Shown here: piece by piece, positions 13,306 through 27,711 of the stretch
Layout: every line of letters starts with the position of its first letter
Position numbering within the stretch: the stretch's first letter is position 1
From: Octopus sinensis
Lineage: Eukaryota
Assembly (NCBI RefSeq): GCF_006345805.1
Contig: NC_042998.1
Span: 158,534,001-158,598,000 of the forward strand
Direction of reading: 5' to 3'
Length of the DNA: 64,000 nucleotides
The notes under the pieces: model-generated
What the model was told of the DNA's origin: nothing
Seen by the model: only the letters and a program-made list of their open reading frames with translations
Database searches by the model: none
Translations under genes and position numbers: made by a program

Positions 13306-13869
13306 ACATATATATATGTGTGTGTGTGTGTGTATGTGCGCGCGAAAACTGAATTGTTAAATTTGAAGTATGTGGTATCAACAGATTCAGAACCTTTCGG
13401 CTACCAAATGAAGTGTGTCTTCCATACAACTACTCTTTTTTACTTGAAAACCTCGAAAACGAGGTTGGGTCGCACAGTTATAAGGGAGGCAATTCTGCCG
13501 GACACAATACTCGATTTAACAACAGATGTTAGCACGCACGAACACCCAGACACACAAACATATTAGATACAAGAATGACTGTGTGGTTGAGAAGTTTGAT
13601 TCCTTACCACATGGTTCCACGATCAGTCCGCCTGCGTGGTACTTTGGGTAAGTGTTTTGTACAATAGTCCTACGCCAACCAGACTTGCGACTGAATTTGG
13701 TAGACGGAAACTGTAGCGTTGTGAATAGAAAAAGACCGAAAAACATGTTTATAAAAAAGAGTTGTTTGCTTCACACTCCTCGTGCGCTGATTCTGCCCAT
13801 AAGAAAGGATCAAGTAATACAATGTGGCTGTATGTCATAACGTCCGAGCAACCCCGGGGTCCACTGCTA

Positions 13870-13921
<52 letters not shown>

Positions 13922-14244
13922 CAACCCACAGGAAGATGCTTCCTCCAGCTGGTTATTCGATGAAGTTTGCACCCGATATATATTGCAAGCAGGGGAGCGA
14001 ATCCGTACCTACCAGCTCCTAGCGGTAGGACCACCGAACCGTACGGTGGATACCTGTCCGCTAGAGGTAGCAGCAGTTCGCCCCAGCTCGCAACTAAACA
14101 GGAAATTGAAAAAGTACTTTAGTACTATTTATTTGAATGTATAAACATGAAGTTGAAATATTTAGGCTAGTTAAGATGTGTTACAAACATATTTAAACTA
14201 TCTGAACTTTGTATATTCCTCATCAGTCTTGGAGTTGATGCTAC

Positions 14245-14513
14245 TATGTATGTATGTATATATGTACGTATGTATGTATGTATGTATGTATGTATGTATG
14301 TATGTATGTATGTATGTATGTATGCATGCATGTATGTATGCATTATGTATGCATGTATCTATCTATCTCTATCTATTTATCTATCAATCTATACACACGC
14401 ACACACACATATATATACATACATACATACACACACACACATACATACATACATATATACATACATACATACATACATACATAAATACATACAAACATAC
14501 ATACATACATACA
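14245..14513. repeat. (TATG)n ... (CATA)n compound microsatellite
   Basis: Direct reading. Confidence 0.9.
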
Positions 14514-14983
14514 TAGAGGTTCTGAGAGACAGATAGAAAGAGAAAGGGAAGAGCGAGGCAGAGAGAAGAGCAAAATGAGGTCAGGTTCGATATCACAGAG
14601 TTGTGAACAACTGAATGTGAAGTCTGAAGCTAAACTTCAAATTCTTCATCCAGGACAAGCAGCTCAGCATCGAAAATAACAAGAAGACCATTCTTAATAG
14701 AGATGTTATGGAGATAATAAGGTAGATAAGCAAAGTTAGACTTCAGACGTATATCATGGAGCAGAAAATACAAATTAAAAGTTAAAGAAAAATTATGCAA
14801 TGACTTATTTCGACAGCTGTTTCAATATGGTCATACTTTGCGTAATAACCATATTAATAGGAATATATGCGTAGACAATGCACATTACATAATTTTTCCG
14901 CATTTCATTATTTGTATTTTTTGTACTTTTTGCTCCATCTAAATCTACGTCTCTAGTCTATCTTTCCTTATCAACTTTCTCAC

Positions 14984-15031
<48 letters not shown>

Positions 15032-15512
15032 TCTCTCCCTCTCTCTCTCTCTCTCTGGCTATCTATATATGTATGTATGCACGTAAATATATATTTATAT
15101 GTATGTATTATGTAAGTATGTATGTGTGTATGTATATATGTATGCATGTATGTATGCGTGTATATATGTATGTATGCACGTAAATATATATTTATATGTA
15201 TGTATTATGTAAGTATGTATGTGTGTATGTATATATGTATGTTGTTATATGTGTGCATGTTCGTGAATTCTCTGTCTAGAACTTTCCTGCATACTCACTT
15301 TGATTTTGAACCATCACCTAGAATATCTCAGAAACAGCTTTAAGACATTAATTACTCCAGTTTTTGATTCACCTTACTCTAATTAAATATTCTAAATGAC
15401 CTGAGATACTCGTCCTGACTTGGTTTTCTTGTCCATTTTCCTTTTACACACACATATATACACATGCACACATATATATACACACAAACGCGCCGCACAC
15501 ACGTGTGTGTGT

Positions 15513-15551
<39 letters not shown>

Positions 15552-15610
15552 TAACTGCAATTCAAATGTGAAATGATGTTTTAACTGTTGCTTTGTCTTT
15601 TTATTTGGAT

Positions 15611-15726
<116 letters not shown>

Positions 15727-16043
15727 TATTAATAATTTTCAGTTATACCGATAAAATCTTTTTACGGAAAGCGAATTATCGAAAAGACTCAATTATAGAA
15801 AAGTGGATCCAATTTAGAGCGATAATTTGTATGTACGTATATAAATACATGCATGCAAGCATACGTACATACATATATACATACATGCATACATACATAC
15901 ATACATATATACATACATACATACTTGCATCCATGTATACATGCACACATAAAAATGGTTACAAAGTGTGTGTGTGTGTGTGTGTGGTGTGTGTGTGTGT
16001 GTGTCTGTGTGTGTGTATGTGTGTGTGTGTGCATGGATTTGTT

Positions 16044-16100
<57 letters not shown>

Positions 16101-16236
16101 TTGGATAGATGACTATATAACTATCTTAGTTTTCACGCATTCGTTTGTGGCGGAGATTGACATTCATGCACACAGACATGCATACGCCCGGCCACGCACA
16201 CACGCATAAAAAGCGCGCGCGCACACAGTCATACAC

Positions 16237-16267
<31 letters not shown>

Positions 16268-16274
16268 GTCTCTG

Positions 16275-16334
<60 letters not shown>

Positions 16335-16765
16335 TCCGAAAACTATTTGTATCTTTATAGGGAGCCATTGTAGTGGGAAGAACGGTGAGAGAGGGAAAAG
16401 GAGCCTGTAAAACAGGAGACAGACGGTAACATTTCATTGTTGGAGTGTTTTAATTGTTATACTCAACGTCCGAATAATTTAGTTTGCCTGCTGCAGCCGA
16501 CCTGTTTCATTATTGTTCTATTTAGGGCTCATAGCTATTGTTTATGATGCGATTCCGGTTATTCCTGTTGTTGATGGTGCTGATGGTGTTGTTGAAAGAG
16601 TCTGTAAAGGGAGCTATGTAATATAGGGATAAATAGTTGGTCTTACGAACTCACTCCCATTTATGGCGACTATGTGTGTTTGTACCTACATATGTCAGTG
16701 TATATGTGCTAATGAACATGTATTTGTCTGTTTGTCTAGGCAAGCGCTGAGGTAAGTATATCATA

Positions 16766-17100
16766 GGTGCAGACATGGCAGTGTGAAGTTCGCTTTGCAA
16801 CCGTGTTGTTTCGGGTTCAGTCCCACTGCGCGACACCTTGAGCAAATGTTTTTAGCCCGGGTCTACTAATACCTTGTAAGGGATTCTGGCAGTTGGAAAC
16901 AGTGTGTGTGTGTGTGTGTGTGTGTGTGTCGTTTGATGACTGGTCTTAGATTGTTTCCGTATTCAATATCTAGCAGTTCAGTTAAAGGAACCGATAGATT
17001 GAGTACCAGGCTTAAAATATGTAAAAGGGTTAATTTGCTCCAGTAAACTATTCAATGTGGTGCCCCAGCATGGTTGCAATCCAATAACGAAAACAAATAA
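16766..17100 (+). mobile_element. SINE family B copy with internal (TG)n
   Basis: cgggttcagtcccactgcg..accttg head and gtggtgccccagcatgg tail. Confidence 0.75.
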
Positions 17101-17257
17101 ATAAGAGGAAAAAGCTTAAAAAATGATTCTATCTTTCCTTTCTCCGTCCTTCCCACTTCCTCATCCTGCTCTTTCTGTTCTTACTCCTCATTCTCAACTT
17201 CCTCATATTTTATATGGTACGCAGCCATCATCTATATTTTGATTATATGTTGATTAG

Positions 17258-17476
17258 GGCGGCGAGCTGGCAGAATCGTTAGGATGCCAGGCGAAATGCT
17301 AAGCGTTATTTCGTCTGCCGTTACGTTTTGAGTTCAAATTCCGCCGAGGTCGACTTTGCCTTAAATCCTATCGGGGTCGATTAAGTAAGTACCAGTTACG
17401 CACTGGGGTCGATGTAATCGACTTAGTCCCTTTGTCTGTCCTAGTTTAACCCCTCTAGGTTTAACCCTCTGTGGGC
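17258..17476 (+). mobile_element. SINE family A, full length
   Basis: ggcggcgagctggcagaatcgttag head through the gtgggcaaaaa tail. Confidence 0.85.
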
Positions 17477-17639
17477 AAAAAAAAAAAAATATTTTGTTGT
17501 TATGAATTTGTCATTGTTTTTGGACCAATGTATCACCGTTCTCGATTTGCTGCGTCTACATTAAACCCCAGTTTGGATAAACTGTTGAGGATTGACAAAC
17601 GTAAAATATGGGTTTTAAAATTTTGCCAAAAGGTCAACA

Positions 17640-17814
17640 ATTTTGGCGGAAGGGGCTAAGTCCTTTACATCAACCCCAGACATCAACTGGTATTTATTCT
17701 AACGACCCTCAAAAGGATGAAAGCCAAGTCTATTTCGACAGCATTCGAGCGTAAAGACGAACGAAATACTATGCATTTTGCCCGGCGTGCTAACGATTCT
17801 GCCAGCTCGCTGCC
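17640..17814 (-). mobile_element. SINE family A, inverted copy
   Basis: ...aaggatgaaagcc...cccggcgtgctaacgattctgccagctcgctgcc is the reverse complement of the head and core. Confidence 0.8.
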
Positions 17815-18281
17815 TTCACCGTCGCAAGATATTATTGCGTTGCCTATGGTACAAAGCGCGAATCTGATGCAGCTCAACTCACTGGTTGAAAAGCTTGCAG
17901 TGTAATAACGAGGTCCCTTGTTCGGTTCAGCCTTGAAGCACTGTTTCAAACTGAGGCACCCAAACAAGTATGTTATGGGTACACGAATCTGTGGAATATT
18001 CAGCCATTTTTTACACTAATTTAGTCAGCAGGCAATTTAGGTGAATAAAAAAGTGAAAAGTCATTGTCAAGACCGTCCGAGATCTACTTACTCCGTTGGA
18101 CTCGAACCCATATCTCACTTAGACATAACAGGAAATGTGAGTTCAAGTCCCTCAGTCAATTTTCTACTTTTCCAATTCGAAAAGTGTTTTTCAGCCCAAT
18201 ATTTACACGCTATTATTTAATTTTATATGTACTTCGAGAACCAATTCCAAAAAAAGACTTGTTATTCGTTTAAAATATTTA

Positions 18282-18430
18282 GCACAAGGTCAGCAATGGT
18301 ACATATTTCATCGACCCAAAAGGATGAAAGGCAAAGTTGACCTCAGCGGAATCTGAACTCAAAACGTAAAGAAGGCGAAATGCCGCTCAGTATTTTGTCC
18401 GGCGTGCTAAGGAATCTGCCAGCTCACTTC
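18282..18430 (-). mobile_element. SINE family A partial copy
   Basis: aaaggatgaaaggcaaagttgacctcagcggaatctgaactc...ctgccagctcac. Confidence 0.75.
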
Positions 18431-19999
18431 CTTGTTATAAGGAAGTTAATTCGAAGGTCGAATATTATGTAACTTTCTTTACACAATACCATTCACATCT
18501 TTCATAATAAATGTTTTGAAAGAGAACTGAAATACTAAATATAAAGAATTTCCGCTTTTCCATTATGTACGGCTTTAAAGATTACTATATTTTCTCGTAA
18601 GAAGCTTTTCTAATTAAAAAATATTAATGGATAGTTTCTTATCTGCCATAGCAGTCTTCTGACATGTCATCAACTGCAAGACAGCGGCTGTAAGACAGCG
18701 GCTATCGCCAAACCAGCTTATATTTGACCCAGTACTAAGTTAGATGGAGAACGACTAACAAATAAACTAGAGGTTATGACAGATAATGCAAGGATTCTGC
18801 AGATGTGATACCAATAACTTCTCAGTTTAATGGACACTCCGTTTCTTGTCTTTTCCATTGCAATAATATGTAAAATGGCTTTTATATATTGTACAGTGTG
18901 AAACATTATCAAATTATTCTCGCCTTCTGAGAAGTAAAATATCTAAGCTCGCGCTGGCATTTTAATTATCCCTGCATTAAATATGTTAGCATCGACTTAC
19001 TGTTTTTCATGCGAATGACGTCTCTGAATCATTTATTCTCTAATGAATCCTATTTTCTTGCGATAACCATCCAGCAATGTTCTACATTTACTTAGTGGTT
19101 CTTTTCTCGCTGTTTCGGCATATCTACATTGTCACAATGAAAATATGAAACATACTTATATTGCTTTTCCTCACCACGCGATTATTTCACTTTTTGATGT
19201 TCCTTACATTGAATATATTACTAATTTCTTAACTTTAATATTAAACATTCAAAAGTTCTTAGCACTTTGCTAATTGTAAAGCTTTGATTATCTATCAACA
19301 GAGTATAAGGAAAAGACATGTAGCTTAGTTCCCGATGTTTCTTATATCTTTTCCCGAATCCTTAATTTTTCTCCTTTTTGATGGATAAATAGCTGTTCTA
19401 TACATTCCACATTCCATTTCCCTGTACATCTTGTTCAGTAGTTAAAATGGATATACTGATGGCGCACGAATGTATATCTGGAAATAGTCAGATATAACAG
19501 CAAACTTAATTTGAAACCAGTTGCTCTCAATGCAACAGTGTGAATTTTAAAAAAATATCTGCCTCCTGGATAAGAGGTCAATTATCACAAAGAGCATTCA
19601 TAGTCGGTCTTAAAACTTATTCTTCTCAACCAGATGAAATGGAGCAGAAGGGACGAAGACTTTACACATAAAGAATACAATAAAATACTTTGAAATACTA
19701 AGAATAGTTGATATATAATCTGGTCGACCAATTAGTCGATATATAATAATTAGTCGATATATAATAGTCGATATATAATCTGGTAATCCAATAACATATA
19801 TATTTGCCACAATGTCTGACACTATGTTTAATCGAAAATGCATTAATTAATAATCATCGAATATGAAGAAAAGTCGACACAAGTGCTATGAATAAAGATC
19901 TACAATTTATATATTGGTACTGTGTTAAAGAATGAAAGGGACACACTTTCTATTAACATTTTGTATAAGAGATCTACCTATAATATGTGTAACAGTGTG

Positions 20000-20370
20000 A
20001 AAAGGAGTTTGCTTCCCAATCGCATGGTTCCATGTTCCAGGTTCAGTACCACAGCGTGACATCTTGGGCAAGTGTCTTTTTGTATAGACTCCTAAAGCCT
20101 TGTCAGTGGATTTGGTATACGGAAACTAATAGAAGCTCGTTATATTTATATATATTTATATTTATATGTGTATCTGTATACTTATATGTGTTTCTTCCCC
20201 ACCACCACTTGATGAACGTTATTAGTTTGTCCCCGTAAGTCCCCGTAATTTAGGGATTTGGCAAAAAGAGATCGCTAGAAAAATAAATACTGGAGTCGAG
20301 TTATTTAACTAAATCCCTGAAAGCAGTGCCTCAGCGTGGCCGCAGTCCAATGAGTGAAATAAATAAAAAC
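20000..20370 (+). mobile_element. SINE family B copy
   Basis: gcttcccaatcgcatggttcc...ggttcagtacca...gtggatttggtatacggaaact...gcagtgcctcagcgtggccgcagtccaatgagtgaaat. Confidence 0.75.
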
Positions 20371-21508
20371 TAAAAGATAAGATTGAATATACTTCGCTAG
20401 GTTGATGTGCATATATTTATGGTTATATGTAATCATATACACTTCTATGTGTTCGGGAATACATTCATGTATGCGAACGTCTAAGTAAAAGAAAGTGTTA
20501 TGAGAATATAGATTTGAAAGACGCTTGGATATTGCTGGAATTTTGATTTATTGAACAAATTTTGATTTATTATATCTGTTCCATTTCTTTTATACTGAGA
20601 TGTTTTATTTATTGATTGATTGATTTCATTATTTCTTTATAATTTTCTTAGTTATATTTTAGGTTTTATTATTTAGTATTTTATTCTTATAGAATCCCAT
20701 TGGTACTATGTTTCTTTCTGCAAAGCCTATTTTTCAAGAATTCTGCTCGATGATTGGTCGTTTTAAGAATGCGTAAGTTGAATTCACGATAAGTCGATCT
20801 GTCATTACAGCAAACTCAGTAGGCTTGAAATCTGATAATGTTTTTGGCTGAAAATGGCAATTATAGAGGAAATTGGGGATTCTCCAAGACAGTTGTCAAT
20901 CGATTTCTTCATGAATGCCATCTTTTTGCTAACGCTCCTCCACTTCATCTCCCGACTCACCAGCGACGCCATTTTTCCTCTTCGAAGCCGTCCCCTTTAC
21001 TGTCTAACCAATCAGCCAATAAACCAACTTTACTTACGACTTCATCTTAGCTTTACCGTCTCGCTGTTTCCGATCTTTATCTTGTTGCTTAGTCCTGCCA
21101 TTATTATCATTCTACCAATTCTTATTACATTATCGTCTTCTTGTCAATTTTTTCCAGTTTCACTTAGTCGTTTTTTATATTTCTTTCGGGCTTACACCAT
21201 TTCTTATTTATTTATAATTTCTTTCTCTCTTCCCCTTCCACTTTATTTCGACTTTCACTGAGTAAAGAATGAAAGTCACATAATCCTATGTCACTCCCGT
21301 ATTTTTCTGAGGTTTCATTCCAATGTAAGAAATCGTTATTGTGTTAGACATGCAGTTACTATAACACAAACCTCATCTTCTTTCCAACGACCATTTTCAT
21401 TTTCTTTGCACAATATTCGTATATTTTGAAAACTTTTCGTTTCTTTTTTGTTATCTTTTCCCTTTCTCTGTCACTTTCGTTGTTCTCTCTCTCTCTCTCT
21501 CTCTCTCC

Positions 21509-21539
<31 letters not shown>

Positions 21540-21628
21540 CCTTTCTCTCACTATATCTCTCTTTTGTAGCTTTTTCTTTTGCTCACGAAGAGATATAATA
21601 TGCACAAATACAAATATAATCATGTATA

Positions 21629-21713
<85 letters not shown>

Positions 21714-21802
21714 ATAAAATATCGTGCATATACACATCACATAAATGAATATGCATGTATACATGCATGCACATATCGTACGAGCTCTAATATATATGTA
21801 TA

Positions 21803-21852
<50 letters not shown>

Positions 21853-21856
21853 TTAC

Positions 21857-21925
<69 letters not shown>

Positions 21926-22209
21926 GATAATAACAACAACAACAACAGCAATCCCTGAAAATTTGAAATTGCAGAGGAGTTTGGAATATGAAAACTGTAA
22001 AAATTATGGCTGTAATAATAGTGCACTAGTAACTGGAGAGCTTCAACTGAAAGTTTTCCTCTTAGGGACAGGAAAGATTATCAGGAAGGTTTTAAGCCCT
22101 TGAAAGATTGTTGAAAACTTAGGGATAAGATTACAAGTAGTAACCCACTGCCCACATTAATTCTACCTGGAATTAGAACGAAGCTGAGTCAAATCAATAA
22201 TAATAACCT

Positions 22210-22398
22210 TTCATAATTTGGCACAAGGCCAGCAATTTCGGAGAAGAGCGTAATTCGATTATATTTACCACAGTTCTCAACTGGTACTTATTTTATCGTT
22301 CCCGAGAGGATGAAAGGCAAAGTTGATCTCGACAGAATTTGAACTCAGAACATGAAGACGGACGAAATTCCGTTATGTGCCTTGCCCGGCGTGCAAAC
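22210..22398 (-). mobile_element. SINE family A copy
   Basis: ggcacaaggccagcaattt...ggatgaaaggcaaagttgatctcg...gaactcagaac...cacgccgcctt. Confidence 0.8.
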
Positions 22399-23501
22399 AA
22401 TTCTGTCAGCACGCCGCCTTATTAATAGTAATGATGATGATGATTCCTTTTAATTGGAGCTAAAAGTTTTGTGGAGAGGGAGCTAGTCGATATCATCGAC
22501 CCCGGAATGATAAAAGTCATGTTGGCCTCGATGGAATTTCTTTCGGTTCTTTACTCAGTATGTAAAAGAGCCGAAATAAATATCGCAAGCAGTTTCCTCC
22601 GATTCACTAATAGTTCTGCCGATCATTTCTCTTGTGTCCGCTGCACAAACTGTTTCCACAAGTTACAAGAAAATTGCTTGCCTCTTCAAAGAAATCTAAT
22701 GGTATGGTCTTCAGTCGTAACACTGTCGTCCTTGTCACAATGTTTCATACACCAGGAAAACAAAAGCTTCTGCTCCTTCTCAATGCACGCGAAGACACCA
22801 GATTGAAAGTAATTTCAGTCACTCAATTCTGCCCATTCTAGCATGGGAATACATTTGTTCCGTCCATGCCCATCCTTTCATGTTCCGTTAGTGTAGAAGA
22901 ACACGCCCACCAGCAGTGAAGCATTTTTAAGTGAATATAAAAAAAATATGTAATTCAATAAACTGGCCGCAATAAATATATACCAGTTTGTGTGTGTGTG
23001 TGTGTGTGTGCGTGTGTGTGTGTGTGTGGTGTGTGTGTGTGTGTGTTTGTGTGTGTTTGTGTGTGTGTGTGTGTGTGTGCTGGCGTATGAGTATGTTTAC
23101 GTTTAGGCGAGAGTCTGGTGCATATATTCGAATTACGTTCTACACACAGAGAATTATATATACAATCTCAAACAAAAATCATGGACAGATGAAAGCACAA
23201 GCAAATATAATCAATATTCATGAGTGTGTGCATATACATTCATACATGCATACATATATATAGATATATATATATATATACACACAATATAACTGGAAAT
23301 ATGTATATATGTATCTACATGCAACCATGTATACACATATACATATATATAAACATATATATGCATATATATGTGCATATACTTACATACATATATACAT
23401 CTATGTCTATCTGTCTATCTATTTATCTATCTATCTATCTCTCTCTCTATATATATATATATACACGTACACATGCAACTGGTCAACACTCCCTCTCTCT
23501 C

Positions 23502-23561
<60 letters not shown>

Positions 23562-24604
23562 ATATCACTTGGCTACATAGTAGCATATATACATTTGTGT
23601 GTGTTTGTGTGTGCCTATGTGTCTGTGCATGTCTGTGTTTGTGTGTCTGTGTTTGTGTCTCTGTGTGTTATGATTCGTGGTGTGTGTTTGTGTGTAATAT
23701 CTATGTGCATTTGTGTGCAAACTATGAGTAAAATTACCGCAGCTCTGTATTCCAGCATCCTATTAGGAATATACGGCAGAGATATTTATGATATTAAAGT
23801 TTTAAGATGACGACAGAAATATATGCAGTAATTCCGTTTGCTTGTCACATCTTCTGCTTTTCACACCTACTTTTCTCTTGTTTTATACTTTCTAACCGAT
23901 TAGTCGATAGTAATGGTGGCGGCGGCGATGTTGATCGTAGTGGTCGGGAGACGGGATCGGCGGTAGCGGGAAGGTCTCGTTCGCCATATTTCTGCCACTT
24001 GATGGAGACAGTTGTCCCTAATTAGATAACTTGTGCCAGCGACTAGCTTTCACGAGTATTGTCTAAACAAAGCACTGAACAGACGACAATAATTTGATAA
24101 CGTTTCTGATACAGGCTTAACCAATTCTTTTCTTTCTCCTTAAAACCACTTTAATCTCCCACCTTTCTTACATTTTTATATTCTTCGATCATTCTTCACT
24201 TATATTCATCCATCCATCTATCCGTATATTTCTATTTTGCTTCATGATCAATGCGCGTGACTCCGCTTCTCTGCTTGTGTGCACGTATATGGGTATGTGT
24301 GTGTGTGTGTGTGTGTATGTGTGTGTGTGTGTGTGTGTATGTGTGTGTGTGTGTGTGGGGTGTGGGTGTGAGATTCTGTGATTACACATGTACTTGCGCA
24401 CTCGTGTGTTTCGTGATCTAGTGTGAGTATGATACGACTGGAGCGGAAGGTGGTGTGCGTGTGAGGAGATGAGTGTCTGTGTCCGTGCGTGTCTACTGTA
24501 TATTTTGTTTTCTCAACAATTACTCTTCCAGAACCACTTTTAATGTCCACTTTACATTCTATTTTCTTCAATTATAATAAAATTAATTCTAATAATGATT
24601 TTAA

Positions 24605-24762
24605 ATTTTGGCACAAGGCTAGCAATTTGAGGGAAAGGTTTAAGCTGATCACATCCACCCCAGTGCTGAGCAGGTACTCGTTTTATTGATCCCGAACAGA
24701 TGAAAGGCAAAGTCGACTTCGGCGAAATTTGAACTCAAAACATAATAATAATAACAATAATA

Positions 24763-24812
<50 letters not shown>

Positions 24813-24990
24813 CCTTTCTACTATAGGCACAAGGCCTGAAATTTGAGGGAGGGGAATAATCTATTTCCTCGACCCCAGTACTTAACTGGTGCTTATTTTA
24901 TCGACCCCGAAAGGATGAAAGGCAAATTTGAGCTGGGCGGAATTTGAACTTAGAACGTAGCGATGCGCTTAATACCGCTAAGCATTTCGT
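24605..24990 (-). mobile_element. Two tandem SINE family A copies (24605-24740, 24815-24990)
   Basis: Core motif in reverse complement twice, separated by AAT/GAT repeats. Confidence 0.78.
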
Positions 24991-25012
24991 CTTGTGGTAT
25001 TCCGCCACAATG

Positions 25013-25079
<67 letters not shown>

Positions 25080-25086
25080 CAACAAC

Positions 25087-25592
25087 ACCGGAAAGGTAAT
25101 GGACAAAAAAGGGAAGGTAAAAATCCTATGGCACTTTGACTTCCAGACAGACATGGTGTTAGAGCACCGAAGGCCGGATATAGTAACCTTTAGGAGGGGC
25201 AAACAAGAGTGACTAATAATTGACGTGGCAGTGCCAGATTAACATATCATCATGAAAGAAAGAGGAAAATGTTGATAAATGTAGAGACCTGAGAATTGAG
25301 ATTGCTAAGATATAGCAGCTACAGGAGTCAAGCATAAAGGTTATCTCTATTGTCATCGGAGCATTGAGTTCAATACCACCCAATCTGAGAAAAAACATCT
25401 GAAAACCTTAGAAATACCATACAATCTAGATGTACAGCAAATGTCGGCATTAGTTGGAACTGAACGCATTACGAAAAGTACTGTCTGTCTGAGGTCCTTG
25501 TTGTGACTTGGCAAACAGTACAAACTCTCGGTATATACAATATCTTCAATCACGATATTGTATACTGTACGACGTCTATAATAGTAAGGATG
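25087..25592 (+). mobile_element. 3' fragment of Dong/R4-like family 2 (RLE domain and 3' UTR)
   Basis: KVKILWHFDFQTDMVLEHRRPDIVTF, IIDVAVP and gcgacgtctataatagtaa-like 3' end match the reverse complement of 11243-11745. Directly follows (AAT)n and ends in (GAT)n. Confidence 0.85.
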
Positions 25593-26839
25593 ATGATGAT
25601 GATGATGATGTATGCATAACACAAACCATTTTGAGTTGGAAAGCAAGTCGAATACAGTGATTCCATTTTTGATTGGTAATTTATTTCATCGATTGCTGAG
25701 TAATGAAAAGCAAAGCTGACCGCAACGGGATTCGAATTGAAAACGTTAAAGGCCGGAACGAATACTGCGAAGTATTAATTCCACCGTTCTTATAAATATA
25801 CATGCATCTATCCATAAATACATGCATGCATACATACATATTCACACAATGTGCTTCAAAAGGAGGGGATTGCAAAATTATGCAAAATACTACCTATAAA
25901 AATGTGATAGGTAAGATCGTTATGCAATGAAAAGTATTAAGTATAACCCATCTACCATACGACTGGATTTAGGCAGAGATTCCCGTGATCCTAATCTTGC
26001 AAATCTCCATCTTTCCTCAAAACATTACTACTTCCTTCGTCTTTCTCCGATTCTAATCGGCCCTCCATTTCCTTTTAATAGAGCTTCAATTCATCGTGGA
26101 GGTGATGGACTCTTTCTCACATATTTTACTTCGCTTACCTTGGAATATAATCCTTTTCTTCCGATTGTTTCCGACACACTGATACTCTCGCTTAATTTCC
26201 ATCTTTTTCTCATCGTCACAAGATGATGCAGTCGCATAGCTAATTATGACTGTTGCATGATGCTTCTCAGTTTCTTGCACGACGAACACCTCTCCCAGTT
26301 TGTCTCTATTAGTAACAATTTTAATAATTGTTACTAACAGAGGTAGAAATGGTAATATGAATTAAATCAGTGGGATCGAGGTAACAATAGAATACTGGCT
26401 ATAATACTTTGCAATATTTAATCAGTGCTCTCTGTATTCTGTGGATTCAAATTCAACCGGTATTGCGACTCTGCTTTCATCTCCAACCCTAGGGATCTGT
26501 AAAATATATTATCTGGCATCACTTAAGTTGATTTAATTAACTGCGCAGTTTTTTCTGCGTCTGTCTCTGGGAAATCATTATACCCATCATCCGTAGTAAT
26601 TAATTGTGTAATCCTTGGTTAACCCAAGGTCAGCCATAATGGAGTAAACCTGTGATCAAAGGCATTACATCCTAGTTTAATTCCTTCCTGTTTCTGGAGA
26701 CAGTGTATTTACGATCAAATTATTCATCTTGTCCTTCTTTTGGAATATGGCGAGGTCTAATATATAGGTGAGGTTTGAGTTCTATTTCTAGTAAATAAAG
26801 AGATTATTCGACCAATTAGCAGAAGTAGCAACAGTAGTG

Positions 26840-26856
26840 TTAGCAGCAGCACCTTT

Positions 26857-26940
<84 letters not shown>

Positions 26941-27002
26941 TGTAGTTGTTGTTGTTGTTGTTGTTGTTTTTGTTGCTGCTGCTGCTGCTGTTGTTGTTGC
27001 TG
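26840..27002. repeat. (CAG)n(TAG)n(TTG)n(CTG)n compound trinucleotide repeat
   Basis: Direct reading. Confidence 0.92.
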
Positions 27003-27665
27003 TAAGTTATGTAAATATGTACACAAATATAAATAATTACCACGCGCACAAACACAGACGCATACACTCACACGCACCACAGATACACACGCACGCACAC
27101 ATACACGTATATAAGGCCACGTGCACCATCTCCAGAGGCATAATTAAGAACGCAAAAGAGAAGGAGACTTTAAGACAGAAAATGTGCTCTATGAGAGTCT
27201 TGTGTGGAAAAGGCCAAACACTTAGAATTGACAAGAGAGTTATAAAGTTTCCTGAATGAGAGAGAGAAAGGTGAGGCATGGGGTGTGAATTCATTGACAC
27301 TTCATACGGACGACAAGACAGTGACATGTCCGCTGCCATTTTGCCACATAAGGTAATTGCTGATAACAACTTTTCACGACCGACATCCGTTGTACTAATT
27401 TATACAACAGTTGACGTTTCCATCTTCCCCTCATTTCATCTTCGTCGTAGAATACACGCACTTACACACAGACGCATTGCTGTCTCCACTACTCTTAAAA
27501 TGCACACACACACACACACACACACAACACACTTATATACTATCATACTTTATATGAATATGTATGCATTTGTGCGTGTTTACAAACTATCATATATGTA
27601 TATATACATATGTACATACATACACACACACACAAGCACACATACACACATACATAGATACATAG

Positions 27666-27711
<46 letters not shown>

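Noticed and set aside
14150-14232. CTGATGA on the minus strand followed by GGAATA...TATTTC
   Set aside because: No GAAA follows the possible helix II and no helix I partner exists, so it is not callable as a hammerhead.
15062-15242. ~100-bp tandem duplication of TA/TATG-rich sequence
   Set aside because: Low-complexity slippage product. The same applies to the short duplications at 18687-18712 and 43103-43141.
22471-22900. Non-repetitive ORFs 22471-22806 and 22632-22841
   Set aside because: The start lies in a decayed SINE, and I see no recognisable domain or splice pattern.
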